Positions 20,573-30,197 of a stretch of 64,000 bases of DNA are shown piece after piece (within the stretch, counting starts at the first letter, position 1; every line of letters begins with the position of its first letter). A program made the translations under genes and the position numbers. The notes below the pieces were generated by a model that worked only from the letters and a program-made list of their open reading frames with translations, ran no database searches and was not told the DNA's origin. The DNA is from Treponemataceae bacterium (GTDB taxonomy: Bacteria > Spirochaetota > Spirochaetia > Treponematales > Rectinemataceae): contig CAXXVZ010000003.1 of assembly GCA_963678065.2 (NCBI GenBank), positions 1 through 64,000 on the forward strand. Reading direction: 5' to 3'.

Positions 20573-23500
20573 TCATGATAGAAGAGCGTCCTGCAGCACC
20601 GAGGCCTGAATATAGCCGGGATCGACTTCGAGCAAACGATTGATCATTTCCCGAGCCGCCTGTTCCTGTCCTGACCCGATGAGCGCGTAGGCGGCCAACA
20701 ACCCATAGGATTTCAGGCGGGCTGTCTCCGGCTTCTCGCAGAAGCAGTTGAAGAAGGGAGTCTGGTCGAACCAACCGGGATTCTTCTGAGCGAGCCCCTT
20801 TTCCGCATCGTCGAGCAGCGCCTTGATCTCCGCATCTCCCTCATCTTTGCGCTGCAGCTTTCGCAGGGACATGCCCCGCCAGAAGCGGAACGAAGGGAGG
20901 TACATGTTCGTGAAGTAGTTGACCGGGAAGAAGACGACATGTTCGAAACAGTCTTTGGCGTCCTTCGCTTCGCCGTTTTTCTCGCAGCACAGGCCTTCGA
21001 GATAGCGGTACGGGGTTAGCATCACCTCATGCCATACCCCGCCGCCGAGGTTCTCGGGAAGCTCGCGATTCGCGTGGAAAAAGCCCTGTGCGCTTCTGAA
21101 ATCTCTCGCTTTCATCGCGGTCAGTCCGAGCGCGTAATTGGCGAACAGATATTCCTCGGCGACGGCGTGCTCGCCTCCCTCGCAGGGGATGAAGGTATGA
21201 CTGTCCAGCATTTCGAGGGCACGTCGCCACTCGCGGGCCTGGTTGGCGGCATGGACGCCCTGGAGAAAGAGATCGTCCCGTTCCGAGACCGCGTGGCCCG
21301 CTGACTCCCAGATGGCAAACCGCGTCCAAGCGTCGAGGCCCTGAAGGTCGAGCACGAGGTTGCGCTCGTACATGAGCTGCAGGTTCGCGGCGTCCCGCTC
21401 CAGCGCGGCGTTGAGAAGGGTGGGCACTGTCTGATCCTGGCTGTTCAAATGGAAACGCGCGACGGCAAGATTCCGCAGAGCCTGAACGCTGTTCCCGGCA
21501 TGTTCCCAGTGAAAGGCCGCCTGTTCGTGCAGCCGGCATCGGCCATAGAGGAGGTTCCCGAGATACAGGTGCGCCTTCGTGTCGCCGTCGTCGAAGCGAA
21601 CCGCGTCCTCGAGCGCAACTTTTTCCCAGTCCTGATAGGGGAAACAGTAGGTCTCATCGAGGCTGGACGCTTCCTTGTAGAGCGCTGCATCGCCGGAAAA
21701 ATAGCCTCGGAGATAGGAGACCATAGGGTGCCCATGCTCGACGAGGCAAAGCATCTCCGCCGCGTCTCCGAACAGGCCCGCGTCCGCGTAGTCGCAGGCG
21801 ATGTCCATGGCGGTCAACGCTTTGTCGCTGCGCTGTGCAGGGGCATTGCCGCCTTCAAGGCCTCCGGTGAGGCGCAGCTCGTTGAGCGCAAAATGATCCA
21901 GTTCATCGACGGCGAGGACTTTCATGGCAGCTTCCCTCGCCTCAGTCTTCCGACCCTGGTGGCGCAGCGCCGCCGCGAGGAGGCAGGTCCCCTTCTGGTT
22001 GAAGCCCGCTTTCTCCATATACGAGCGGAGATGCCGTTCGGCGAGGGCGAAGTCGCCCCGGATGCAGTCGATCTGGGCGATAAGGAGGCTGGAGGAAAAA
22101 ATCGAAGCCTGGTTCCAGAGAGCCTTGTTGAGTGCCTCGTAGGCCTCGTCGCAACGCCCGAGCCGTTTAAGTGCGAGACCGAGAAGATAGAAAGCTTCCG
22201 TGTTTCGCGGGTTGGGGTTATATCGACAGAGGCTCATGATCGCGCGCCTGAGATAGTCCGCCGCTTCTTCGTACCGGCAACGGTAAATCAGCTGCGCCCC
22301 CATGCTCGTCAGGCAGGGAGCATGGTCGGGATCGATGGCGAGGCCGCGCCGCCAGTAGGCCTCTGGTTCGGCGATCGGGTCGCGGTACTGCGCGATGTGC
22401 TGGCCGCAGAGCCAACAGTCCTCCGCAGTCCGCAGCGCGTCGGGGAGAGGGTTGTCCGCGCGGGGGGAGGGGACGCCGGCGCCGTAGGCCTTGGGAATGT
22501 AGGCGAAGATCGGAGAGCTGTCGGGATTTTCCGCCGCGACTTCGCAGTCAGGGCTCAATCCTGGAATGGGGATGACTGTCGGTTGAGCCGCTTTCAGGAC
22601 CAGCGTCTGTGCGAATATTTCCTTCCCAGACTTCCGGACGATCAGGCGCACTTCGAGGTCGCAGACCGGGTAGAGACCGACCGAATCCGCTCCGCAACTG
22701 AGGGCGAGGTCGGCGTTAGCGTTCTTGACCGGACCAATGCCCTTGATGGGGTACCAGCTCTGGGCAAACTCCTTGACCTCTCCAGCCTCCAGCCAGGTGA
22801 AATCCGGCTGGTTGTCGCTGTAGCTGGAGGCCATCAGCTCCGCGTAGGCCCCGTCCGTGTCCGTCAGCGCCTTTTCCCATGCCTTTGAAAGGTGGCGGTA
22901 TCCCCAGGTGAACATCTTCTTGCCGACAGAGGTCCCGTGGTCTGCGTAGTGCACCACGCCGGCGCGCTTCCCGTGGTCGTAGCCGCCGAAGAAATCGAAG
23001 GATGAATTCCCGCAGAAATAGGAGGTCGCATTCCTCGTGTTTCTGTGGTAGGTGATGTCGTTGCCGCCGCGGTTGTCCTGCGTGTTGAAAAAACTATTCA
23101 TGGCTGGGAAGCCGCCAGTCGCCTTCTTGTAATGGAAGTTCACGTAGGTGACGTCTGGAGGGAAGAATATTTGATAGTCGGCGTTGACGGGCACGGCCGT
23201 GTTTTCCCACCAGAGGAATGATTTCGGCAAGTCGGTCCTGTTGTAGACGCGCATGCGGGTTTCGAAGCTGGCGCGCCGGGGGTCGAGGTGAATGCCCACC
23301 ATGCCCTTCATCCGGTCCAGAGGTTCATGCTCGCTGAGCCACACGGTGGCGCTTCCGTCCGCGTGCCGTTGAATGGAGTAATCGACGGGGAGGAAGGTCG
23401 AGGGCCGATGATGCACGGGCCAATTGAACTCGACGCCTCCGGAAATCCAGAGGCCGAGCATGCCGATGAGGGCGGGCTTTATTACGTGCTGCTGGTAAAA

Positions 23501-23779
23501 GAAAGCGTATCCGTTCGTCTTGTCCTTGGCCGTGAAAATGCGGCCGCCGAGTTCCGGCAGGATGACGATATACAGGAAGTCGTTCTCCAGGACGATGGCC
23601 TCGTAGCTTTTATCGACGGCGTCGTCTCGTCTGACCCTGTTTATCACCGGGTGGGGGTAGGGGTTCCCGCTCGAGCGCTGGTGCACTCTGTTCTCGGCGA
23701 ACATCGGCAGTTTTTCGTATTCGGCGCCGACGTAGGTGGGAATAGTGATAGTTCGGACCGATGCCTGGACATCCTGCAT
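20573..23779 (-). CDS. DUF5107 domain + TPR protein (YphG-like), paralogue A
   Basis: LENDFL..ILPELGGRI, IKPALIG, WISGGVEFNWPVHHRP, GKKMFTWG, DNQPDF; helical TPR-like C-terminal half; GAGGTG RBS. Confidence 0.85.
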   Translation of the reverse strand: MQDVQASVRTITIPTYVGAEYEKLPMFAENRVHQRSSGNPYPHPVINRVRRDDAVDKSYEAIVLENDFLYIVILPELGGRIFTAKDKTNGYAFFYQQHVIKPALIGMLGLWISGGVEFNWPVHHRPSTFLPVDYSIQRHADGSATVWLSEHEPLDRMKGMVGIHLDPRRASFETRMRVYNRTDLPKSFLWWENTAVPVNADYQIFFPPDVTYVNFHYKKATGGFPAMNSFFNTQDNRGGNDITYHRNTRNATSYFCGNSSFDFFGGYDHGKRAGVVHYADHGTSVGKKMFTWGYRHLSKAWEKALTDTDGAYAELMASSYSDNQPDFTWLEAGEVKEFAQSWYPIKGIGPVKNANADLALSCGADSVGLYPVCDLEVRLIVRKSGKEIFAQTLVLKAAQPTVIPIPGLSPDCEVAAENPDSSPIFAYIPKAYGAGVPSPRADNPLPDALRTAEDCWLCGQHIAQYRDPIAEPEAYWRRGLAIDPDHAPCLTSMGAQLIYRCRYEEAADYLRRAIMSLCRYNPNPRNTEAFYLLGLALKRLGRCDEAYEALNKALWNQASIFSSSLLIAQIDCIRGDFALAERHLRSYMEKAGFNQKGTCLLAAALRHQGRKTEAREAAMKVLAVDELDHFALNELRLTGGLEGGNAPAQRSDKALTAMDIACDYADAGLFGDAAEMLCLVEHGHPMVSYLRGYFSGDAALYKEASSLDETYCFPYQDWEKVALEDAVRFDDGDTKAHLYLGNLLYGRCRLHEQAAFHWEHAGNSVQALRNLAVARFHLNSQDQTVPTLLNAALERDAANLQLMYERNLVLDLQGLDAWTRFAIWESAGHAVSERDDLFLQGVHAANQAREWRRALEMLDSHTFIPCEGGEHAVAEEYLFANYALGLTAMKARDFRSAQGFFHANRELPENLGGGVWHEVMLTPYRYLEGLCCEKNGEAKDAKDCFEHVVFFPVNYFTNMYLPSFRFWRGMSLRKLQRKDEGDAEIKALLDDAEKGLAQKNPGWFDQTPFFNCFCEKPETARLKSYGLLAAYALIGSGQEQAAREMINRLLEVDPGYIQASVLQDALLS

Positions 23780-23895
23780 ATTGTCACCTCGACAGTGTCT
23801 GCTGCAGAAAGTCTACTTTGCTGCCCCGCTCGGCACTACTGAGAAAATTCTTCTATTTTCCATAGCTTTCATCCGATTCAAACGGATCAAGAACG

Positions 23896-24984
23896 TCAAT
23901 CGAGCGTGGATAGGTCGAGATAGCGCCCCGCCAGATGCAGAAGATCCGGCCTGCAACGCTGGCCCGCGAGGTTCTGCATGCGCTTTACCCTGTACTTGAC
24001 TGTATTTTCGCTCAGGAAACAGAGGTCGGCAAGGTCTGTATACCGTAGGCTTTGAGAGAGCCCTTTGAGGATCTTGAAGTCCACGGCCTCGCAATGGGAA
24101 AGGAGGTTCTCGACGGCGAGCAGGTTGGTCACGGCCGTATCGGCGTAGATATTTACTTCGGCACCATCGGCGGCCTCCTCCTCCAAAGCAGGCGGAGCAC
24201 GATCGGACGGAAGTACATTGCCTGTCGATTCACGGGGGATCAGGGAACCCTGGACGGTCATGGAGATCGTGGAGCATGCATGGTTGCGGGAAAGCATCAT
24301 GGCAACCTTCACCGATTGTCGGCCGATCGCGACATAGTCGCACGCGATCGTCGTTATCGTAGGGTGAACCTTCGCGGCCAGGGTCGTGTCTCCAAATCCC
24401 GCTATCCAGAGTTTCTCCGGGCTGCAAATGCCCGCCACGCGCAGATATCGGCTCAGCTCGGCGGCGACCAGATCGCTGCAGCAGATCACCGAGTCGAAAT
24501 CCCCGCACTCTGCGGTGAAGGCCGCACATGTTTCTTCGAGCCTCCCGAGGTTTTCGAAAACGCGCGGGCGGTCGACGATCTGCCGGTAGATCGCGACCTT
24601 GAGCGCGTCGGTCGAAGAGGAGGGATTGCTCCCGAAGAGGGCCGTCCTTATCCTCCCGTTCTCGCGGAAGTACGAGCGGAGTACTCGCATCATCGACGGG
24701 TAATCGACCGACACATAGCTGAATCCGCTGGGATTTTCCGGATCCGACGAGGTCAATAGAATCCCCTTGGCCCGCCGGCTCATCAATTCGCTTTTCTTCG
24801 TATATATCCAGGAGGGGGATGAACCGATGAGGCATACGATCGAGTCTCCTTCTCCAGGCTCAGGAAGGCCCTCAATCAGCTCGATCGAGTTCTGGGTCGA
24901 TTCCAGCCTGATTCCCCGTTCGTACTGTGTGCACCAGAATGAGCTCACAAAGGATGGATCTTTCAGAAGACGGAGCCGCATCAT
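23896..24984 (-). CDS. Putative regulator: LacI-type effector domain + C-terminal LuxR-like HTH
   Basis: FDSVICCSDLVA, IAGFGD, PTITTI, LIPREST (LacI core) then ILKGLSQSLRYTDLADLCFLSENTVKYRVKRM. Confidence 0.75.
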   Translation of the reverse strand: MMRLRLLKDPSFVSSFWCTQYERGIRLESTQNSIELIEGLPEPGEGDSIVCLIGSSPSWIYTKKSELMSRRAKGILLTSSDPENPSGFSYVSVDYPSMMRVLRSYFRENGRIRTALFGSNPSSSTDALKVAIYRQIVDRPRVFENLGRLEETCAAFTAECGDFDSVICCSDLVAAELSRYLRVAGICSPEKLWIAGFGDTTLAAKVHPTITTIACDYVAIGRQSVKVAMMLSRNHACSTISMTVQGSLIPRESTGNVLPSDRAPPALEEEAADGAEVNIYADTAVTNLLAVENLLSHCEAVDFKILKGLSQSLRYTDLADLCFLSENTVKYRVKRMQNLAGQRCRPDLLHLAGRYLDLSTLD

Positions 24985-24992
24985 TGGCCGCG

Positions 24993-25021
24993 ATTATACA
25001 TCGAAGGATGGACGAGTACAA
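24993..25021 (-). promoter_or_regulatory. Sigma70-type promoter of hybrid regulator
   Basis: TTGTAC-17 nt-TATAAT, 8 nt before the ATG. Confidence 0.7.
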
Positions 25022-25100
25022 ATTCCGGCGGGCTTTTTCCCCCGCATTTTTGTGTTGATGGGAAAAGTGGCCAGACATATAGTCTGTCCAGAGGAATGCC

Positions 25101-28100
25101 ATGGCCCAAACCGTCTCCGCCTATTTTATGCAGAAGTTCATACCGACCTACGCCCCCGACCCCGCCCTGGATCTCCCGATGTTCTTCGAGAAAAAACCGT
25201 ATCAGGGAGCTTCCGGAAGACTCTATCCGCTCCCCTTTACGGATTCCCTCAGCGGGAAGAAGGTCGAAAAGCCCTATAACGTCGGGGTCCTGGAGAATGA
25301 ATACATCCGCGTCGAAGTGCTCCCCGAAATCGGCGGCAAGCTGCATCGCGGCTACGACAAGGTGGGCGGCTATGACTTCATCTACCACAACTCGGTGATA
25401 AAGCCCGCGATGATCGGCCTCGCCGGCCCCTGGGTGTCAGGCGGCATCGAATTCAACTGGCCCCAGCACCACCGGCCGACCACCTTTCTTCCCGTCGAAG
25501 CCTCCCTCGAGGAAGATCGGGCTCATGAAAAGACGATCTGGCTCGGCGAAGTCGAGCCGTTCCAGCGCATGAAAGGGATGGTGGGAATCACCGTCTGCCC
25601 CGGGAGGTCGTTCATAAAGGCCAAGGTCAGGATTTACAACCGGACGCCCTTCGCGCACCCGTTCATGTGGTGGGCCAACCTGGCAGTTCCCGTGAACGAG
25701 AACTATCAGGTGGTCTTCCCCCCCGACGTGGAATACGTCAACGATCACGACCGGCGCGCGGTTGTTGGCTGGCCTATGGCGAAAGGTGTCTACCGGACAG
25801 CCCGCCCCTTCGATTATGGCGAGGGAACCGATCTCTCCAGGAATCAGTCTGTGAAGGTGCCTTCGTCCTTCATGATAAGCGAAGGGCAGTCGGACATGGA
25901 CTTTGTCTCCGGCTATGACCACGGGAAGGGCATGGGCGTTGTTGCCTGGGCCGACCACGCGATCGCCCCCGGGAAGAAGCTCTTCCATTGGGGCGTCGGC
26001 GAATTTGGCGAGATGTGGTGCTCCAACCTGACCGACGCCGACGGCCCCTACGTTGAGCTCATGACGGGCGTCTTCACCGACAATCAGCCCGACTTCGCTT
26101 GGATATTTCCCTACGAGACCAAGGAATTTGAGCAGTACTGGTATCCGATCAGGGGCATAGGCGCGGTCAAGAACGCCACGATCGACGCGGCGGTCAACCT
26201 CGAAGTGGATGAGGAAGGGAAGCTGTTCGTCGGCGTCCAGGCGACGGGGACCTTCCCCGGCTCGACGATCAGGATCAGTCAGGACAATCAGGTCCTCTGG
26301 TCTGCCCCTGCCGACCTCAGTCCTTCCGGAGCCTTCACGGCTAGGCTGGCCATGCAGGATGGCTGGGCTTATTCCAAGATGAGCATCGTTGTCGCAGATG
26401 GAAACGATGTGGAACTTGTCTCCTTCTCGCCGCCCGTGCGAGGGGAGAAAACGCCTATAAAACCCCGAAATCCGGTGGTCCGCCCGAGCGAACTTGCCAC
26501 AGTGGAGGAACTCTACGTCAACGGCCTTCATCTGGAGCAGTACAAGCAGCACTGCTACGAGGCGGCCGACTATTATCGAGAAGGCTTGTCCCGGGATCCC
26601 GGCGACATCAGGTGTAATACCGGCATGGCCCGAAAAAGCCTTAAGGACGGCCTCTTTGCGGAGTGTGTCGACTATTGCGACAGGGCCATAGAGCGGCTCG
26701 TCGACCGGAACGAGCATCCTAAAGACGTCGAGGCTTTTTATCTGAAGGTTGTCGCTCTCAGGTTCCTCGGGAGTCTCAAGGAAGCCCGCGCTTCAATAAA
26801 TAAAGTAATCTGGAACTACGCCTATCGCTCGGCAGGGTACTACGAGCTGGCGTGCATCAAATGCATGGAGCACGATTGGACGGGGGCTTTGTCGGACCTG
26901 AACACCTCGATTTCAACCAATGCGGGAAGCCTGGTCGCCCTCAACCTCAAGGCCGCGATCCTGCGGCGACTGGGGCGCGCGGATAAAGCCACCAAGCTCG
27001 CGCGGGAAACGGCGGAGAAGGACAGGCTGGATCTCGGCAGTAGGCTTGAGCTCTATTTCTGCACGCGCGACGAGACTCTGGCGCGGGAGATTCATGATAC
27101 TTTCGACGCAAAGGCGCAGAACTACTTCGATCCCATTTGCGGCTATATGCATGCGGGGCTCTACGAAGACGCGCTTGCGGCGCTGGACTTCGTCGCAGCC
27201 GACAACCAGCTGGCGGGCTGGTATCGCGCCTACCTGTTTTTCCTTTCCGGCAAGACGTACGAGGGGGCCTTTGGCACAGCCCATCATGGGATCTGTTTCC
27301 CCGCTCGGCTGGAAGACATCCCCGTGCTCGCCTTTGTCGCCGACCACGCTCCTGCCGGCTCAGCCGACGCCGCGGAAAGCCGATATCTCCTCGGCTGCCT
27401 CCTGTATGATCGCTTCCGATACGCGGAGGCCGCCGAGCAATGGAAGGCCGCAGTCGAGCTCAATCCTGGCCACGCGTACGCGTGGCGCAACCTGGCGATC
27501 GCGTACTTCGACAAATTCGGGGATAAACGGGGCGCCCGGTCCTGCATGGAACAGGCGTTCAAGCTGGCACCTGCAAGCCCACGTCTTCTCTACGAGCTGC
27601 AACAGCTGCTGAAAAACAGCGATGCCTCCAATGAGGAGCGGCTCGCCCTCTATGCGAAGCACGACGATCTCCTCCTCAGGCGCGACGACTGCTACCTGGA
27701 CAAGATGATCCTGCTCATCATGGCCGGCAGATGCAGCGAGGCCATCGACATGGCCAACGCGCGGACCTTCCACATCTACGAAGGCGGCGAGGGGAAGCTG
27801 ACCAGCCTCCACGCGTGGATGCACATCCTCCGCGCCCTCGAGCTGGAAAAGCAAGGCAAGGGGGAGGAGGCTCTTGGGCAGTACCGTCTGGCCACGGCGA
27901 TCCCCGCGTCCTACGGCGAGGCGAAGAGCTATTTCGCACAGGAAGCTCATGTCCATTATTTCCGGGGCAGGCTGCTGGAAAGGGCGGGCGCCGACGCGCG
28001 GCCCGCCTATGAGGAAGCGACAGTCTATAAGGCCGCAGTGACGGAAGTTTCCCTGTTCAGGGCATTGGCCCTACAGAAGCTCGCTCGTTTCGACGAAGCC

Positions 28101-28382
28101 CGTGCGGTCCTGCAGGAGATGCTCGACGTAGCCGAGTCGACGCTCGCCAACCCGGAGCTCTACAAATACTTTGGGGTCGGGGCGCCGACGCCTCAGCCTT
28201 TCGAGTACGATATCGAGAAGATCAACCGGTTCAATGGCAACACCCTCAAGGCATATGCCTTGCTCGGGTTCGGCCGGGGGGAAGAAGCCTCGAAAGCCCG
28301 GGAAGCAGCTCGGCTCGATAGCCCCAACGATTTCCGCATATTCGCCTTCGACGTCGCGGCGGAGGAAACCGGACGCCCATGA
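25101..28382 (+). CDS. DUF5107 domain + TPR protein (YphG-like), paralogue B
   Basis: LENEYIRVEVLPEIGG, IKPAMIG, WVSGGIEFNWPQHHRP, GKKLFHWG, DNQPDF; TPR-like C-terminal half; GAGGA RBS. Confidence 0.85.
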   Translation: MAQTVSAYFMQKFIPTYAPDPALDLPMFFEKKPYQGASGRLYPLPFTDSLSGKKVEKPYNVGVLENEYIRVEVLPEIGGKLHRGYDKVGGYDFIYHNSVIKPAMIGLAGPWVSGGIEFNWPQHHRPTTFLPVEASLEEDRAHEKTIWLGEVEPFQRMKGMVGITVCPGRSFIKAKVRIYNRTPFAHPFMWWANLAVPVNENYQVVFPPDVEYVNDHDRRAVVGWPMAKGVYRTARPFDYGEGTDLSRNQSVKVPSSFMISEGQSDMDFVSGYDHGKGMGVVAWADHAIAPGKKLFHWGVGEFGEMWCSNLTDADGPYVELMTGVFTDNQPDFAWIFPYETKEFEQYWYPIRGIGAVKNATIDAAVNLEVDEEGKLFVGVQATGTFPGSTIRISQDNQVLWSAPADLSPSGAFTARLAMQDGWAYSKMSIVVADGNDVELVSFSPPVRGEKTPIKPRNPVVRPSELATVEELYVNGLHLEQYKQHCYEAADYYREGLSRDPGDIRCNTGMARKSLKDGLFAECVDYCDRAIERLVDRNEHPKDVEAFYLKVVALRFLGSLKEARASINKVIWNYAYRSAGYYELACIKCMEHDWTGALSDLNTSISTNAGSLVALNLKAAILRRLGRADKATKLARETAEKDRLDLGSRLELYFCTRDETLAREIHDTFDAKAQNYFDPICGYMHAGLYEDALAALDFVAADNQLAGWYRAYLFFLSGKTYEGAFGTAHHGICFPARLEDIPVLAFVADHAPAGSADAAESRYLLGCLLYDRFRYAEAAEQWKAAVELNPGHAYAWRNLAIAYFDKFGDKRGARSCMEQAFKLAPASPRLLYELQQLLKNSDASNEERLALYAKHDDLLLRRDDCYLDKMILLIMAGRCSEAIDMANARTFHIYEGGEGKLTSLHAWMHILRALELEKQGKGEEALGQYRLATAIPASYGEAKSYFAQEAHVHYFRGRLLERAGADARPAYEEATVYKAAVTEVSLFRALALQKLARFDEARAVLQEMLDVAESTLANPELYKYFGVGAPTPQPFEYDIEKINRFNGNTLKAYALLGFGRGEEASKAREAARLDSPNDFRIFAFDVAAEETGRP

Positions 28383-28409
28383 ATGACACTGCGGAAAAAA
28401 TCGTGTTAA

Positions 28410-30197
28410 ATGACTGACGGGAGGAAGCGCGGCATGAAGCGGCGTCCAGGGTCTCGTCGGATTGCCAGCTCGATGATGATATCGTTTGGTTCCATCATCG
28501 TTGCAATCGTCTTCCTGATATCGTTGGTGTTCTTCCTGAACGCTCAGGGAAGCGCCGTATCCACCACGCTGGAGAGCAACGAAAAGGTTCTGACGGGAGC
28601 GATGGAGCGGGTCGACGATCTGCACAACATCATTACACAGATATCGTTCTATGTCGCGAGCGATCCAGGTCTCCATCGGCTATTGCGGGAATACCCTTCC
28701 GATCCGGCGGAGCAGATCGGGTACCAGAACCAGATCTGCAGCTTCCTGACGCAGTTCTGGCTGAACCGGCCCGAAGTCGTCGGGATATGCGTCTACCTCG
28801 ACAAGGTCCAAAGCGTGTCCACGAGCTCGATCGGCGTCAGCTCGACGAAGTTCGCGCGCGATCGTGGGTGGCTGGATATTCTCGGGAACAGGCGCGGCGT
28901 CATCATCAACGGACATGGGGCGCCTCTCAGGAGCAGCTCGCCGATCGCGTCGCTCTCCCTCGTCACGATACTCGACCACGACGAGAGCCTCCTCGGCTAC
29001 ATTTCTTTCGAAATTTCGAACAGGAACCTCTATATACAGTGCCTGTCGGCGAACCAGGCGACGCCCGGCTCCGTCCTTTTCGCCGTGGACGAAAACTGGA
29101 AGATCATCAGCCACGTCGATCCGTCGATGGTCAATCTCGACGCCCGCGCCGTGTACCCATTTTTCTCGCCGAACAAGCTCCTCGTCAACATGAACGGGGA
29201 GAAGATGATCCAGGTCATCGGCGAACCCAACAGGGTGAAATGGCGCGCCGTGGAATTCATACCGCTGCGCGAAGTGTTCAACGGCTGGGCGCTCGCGGCG
29301 AGCCTCGCCTTCATCAGCGTCTGCGGTCTATGCCTTGCCCTGATGCTGTTGTACCTGATGAGCGTCAGGATAACACGGCCTATCGTGGTCCTTTCTTCCA
29401 TTATGAAAGAGAAGAACCCCCTGCAGGCAGTCCTTCCCGGCCCGTATTTGACGCTGACCGATGAGATCGGCCAACTCTACCGCAGCTACGACGACATGAT
29501 CCAGAAGCAGAACCAGCTGATCGATGAACTGGAAAAGCTGAAGGAGGACGAGAAGGAAGCCGAGCTGAACGCCCTGCGCTCCCAGATGAATCCCCATTTC
29601 ATGTACAACACCTTGGACTATATCAGCTGGATGGCTCAAGACAGCAATATGCCGGAAATTTCCCGAATGCTCACGCTTCTCAGCAAATTCCTGAGGATCT
29701 GCCTCACGTCCTCGACGATGAAATGCGCGCTCAAGACGGAGGTTGAACACACGAAGGCCTACCTCGATATCTTCTATGCGCGATACGGCTACAGCTTTCA
29801 CCGTTCGATCTCGGCTGACGAGGATATCATGGAGTATCCTGTGCCGCAGTTTATCCTGCAGCCGCTCGTGGAGAATTCGATCATTCATGGCTTTGGGAAG
29901 GATATACGGGACGCGGTCATCGACGTGCAAATCCATCGCGACGGCACCTGGATGCTGTTCGACGTGACGGACAACGGCAAGGGCATGAGCGAAGCCAGAC
30001 TACGCGGAATTCTCGAAGGGACGGAGGAACCGTCGATGAATGGGTATGGCCTCAAGAACGTCGACGATCGGATCAGGAGCATTTGCGGACCGGCGCGATA
30101 TTCCGGGCTCTCCTTGTATCCGCGGGCGAAGGGAACCTGCATCCATTTTGAAATCCAGGCTCTGTCGGAGCTGGATCAGGACGGCGACAATGGCTGA
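28410..30197 (+). CDS. Sensor histidine kinase (YesM-like)
   Basis: Two TM helices, HAMP (DEIGQL), LRSQMNPHFMYNTL, LQPLVENSIIHG, DNGKG, GYGLKNV; start could be 28433. Confidence 0.93.
   Translation: MTDGRKRGMKRRPGSRRIASSMMISFGSIIVAIVFLISLVFFLNAQGSAVSTTLESNEKVLTGAMERVDDLHNIITQISFYVASDPGLHRLLREYPSDPAEQIGYQNQICSFLTQFWLNRPEVVGICVYLDKVQSVSTSSIGVSSTKFARDRGWLDILGNRRGVIINGHGAPLRSSSPIASLSLVTILDHDESLLGYISFEISNRNLYIQCLSANQATPGSVLFAVDENWKIISHVDPSMVNLDARAVYPFFSPNKLLVNMNGEKMIQVIGEPNRVKWRAVEFIPLREVFNGWALAASLAFISVCGLCLALMLLYLMSVRITRPIVVLSSIMKEKNPLQAVLPGPYLTLTDEIGQLYRSYDDMIQKQNQLIDELEKLKEDEKEAELNALRSQMNPHFMYNTLDYISWMAQDSNMPEISRMLTLLSKFLRICLTSSTMKCALKTEVEHTKAYLDIFYARYGYSFHRSISADEDIMEYPVPQFILQPLVENSIIHGFGKDIRDAVIDVQIHRDGTWMLFDVTDNGKGMSEARLRGILEGTEEPSMNGYGLKNVDDRIRSICGPARYSGLSLYPRAKGTCIHFEIQALSELDQDGDNG

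Noticed and set aside
20573..28382. TPR proteins as an anti-phage defence system
   Set aside because: No nuclease, NTPase, TIR or SIR2 motifs; the context is carbohydrate uptake
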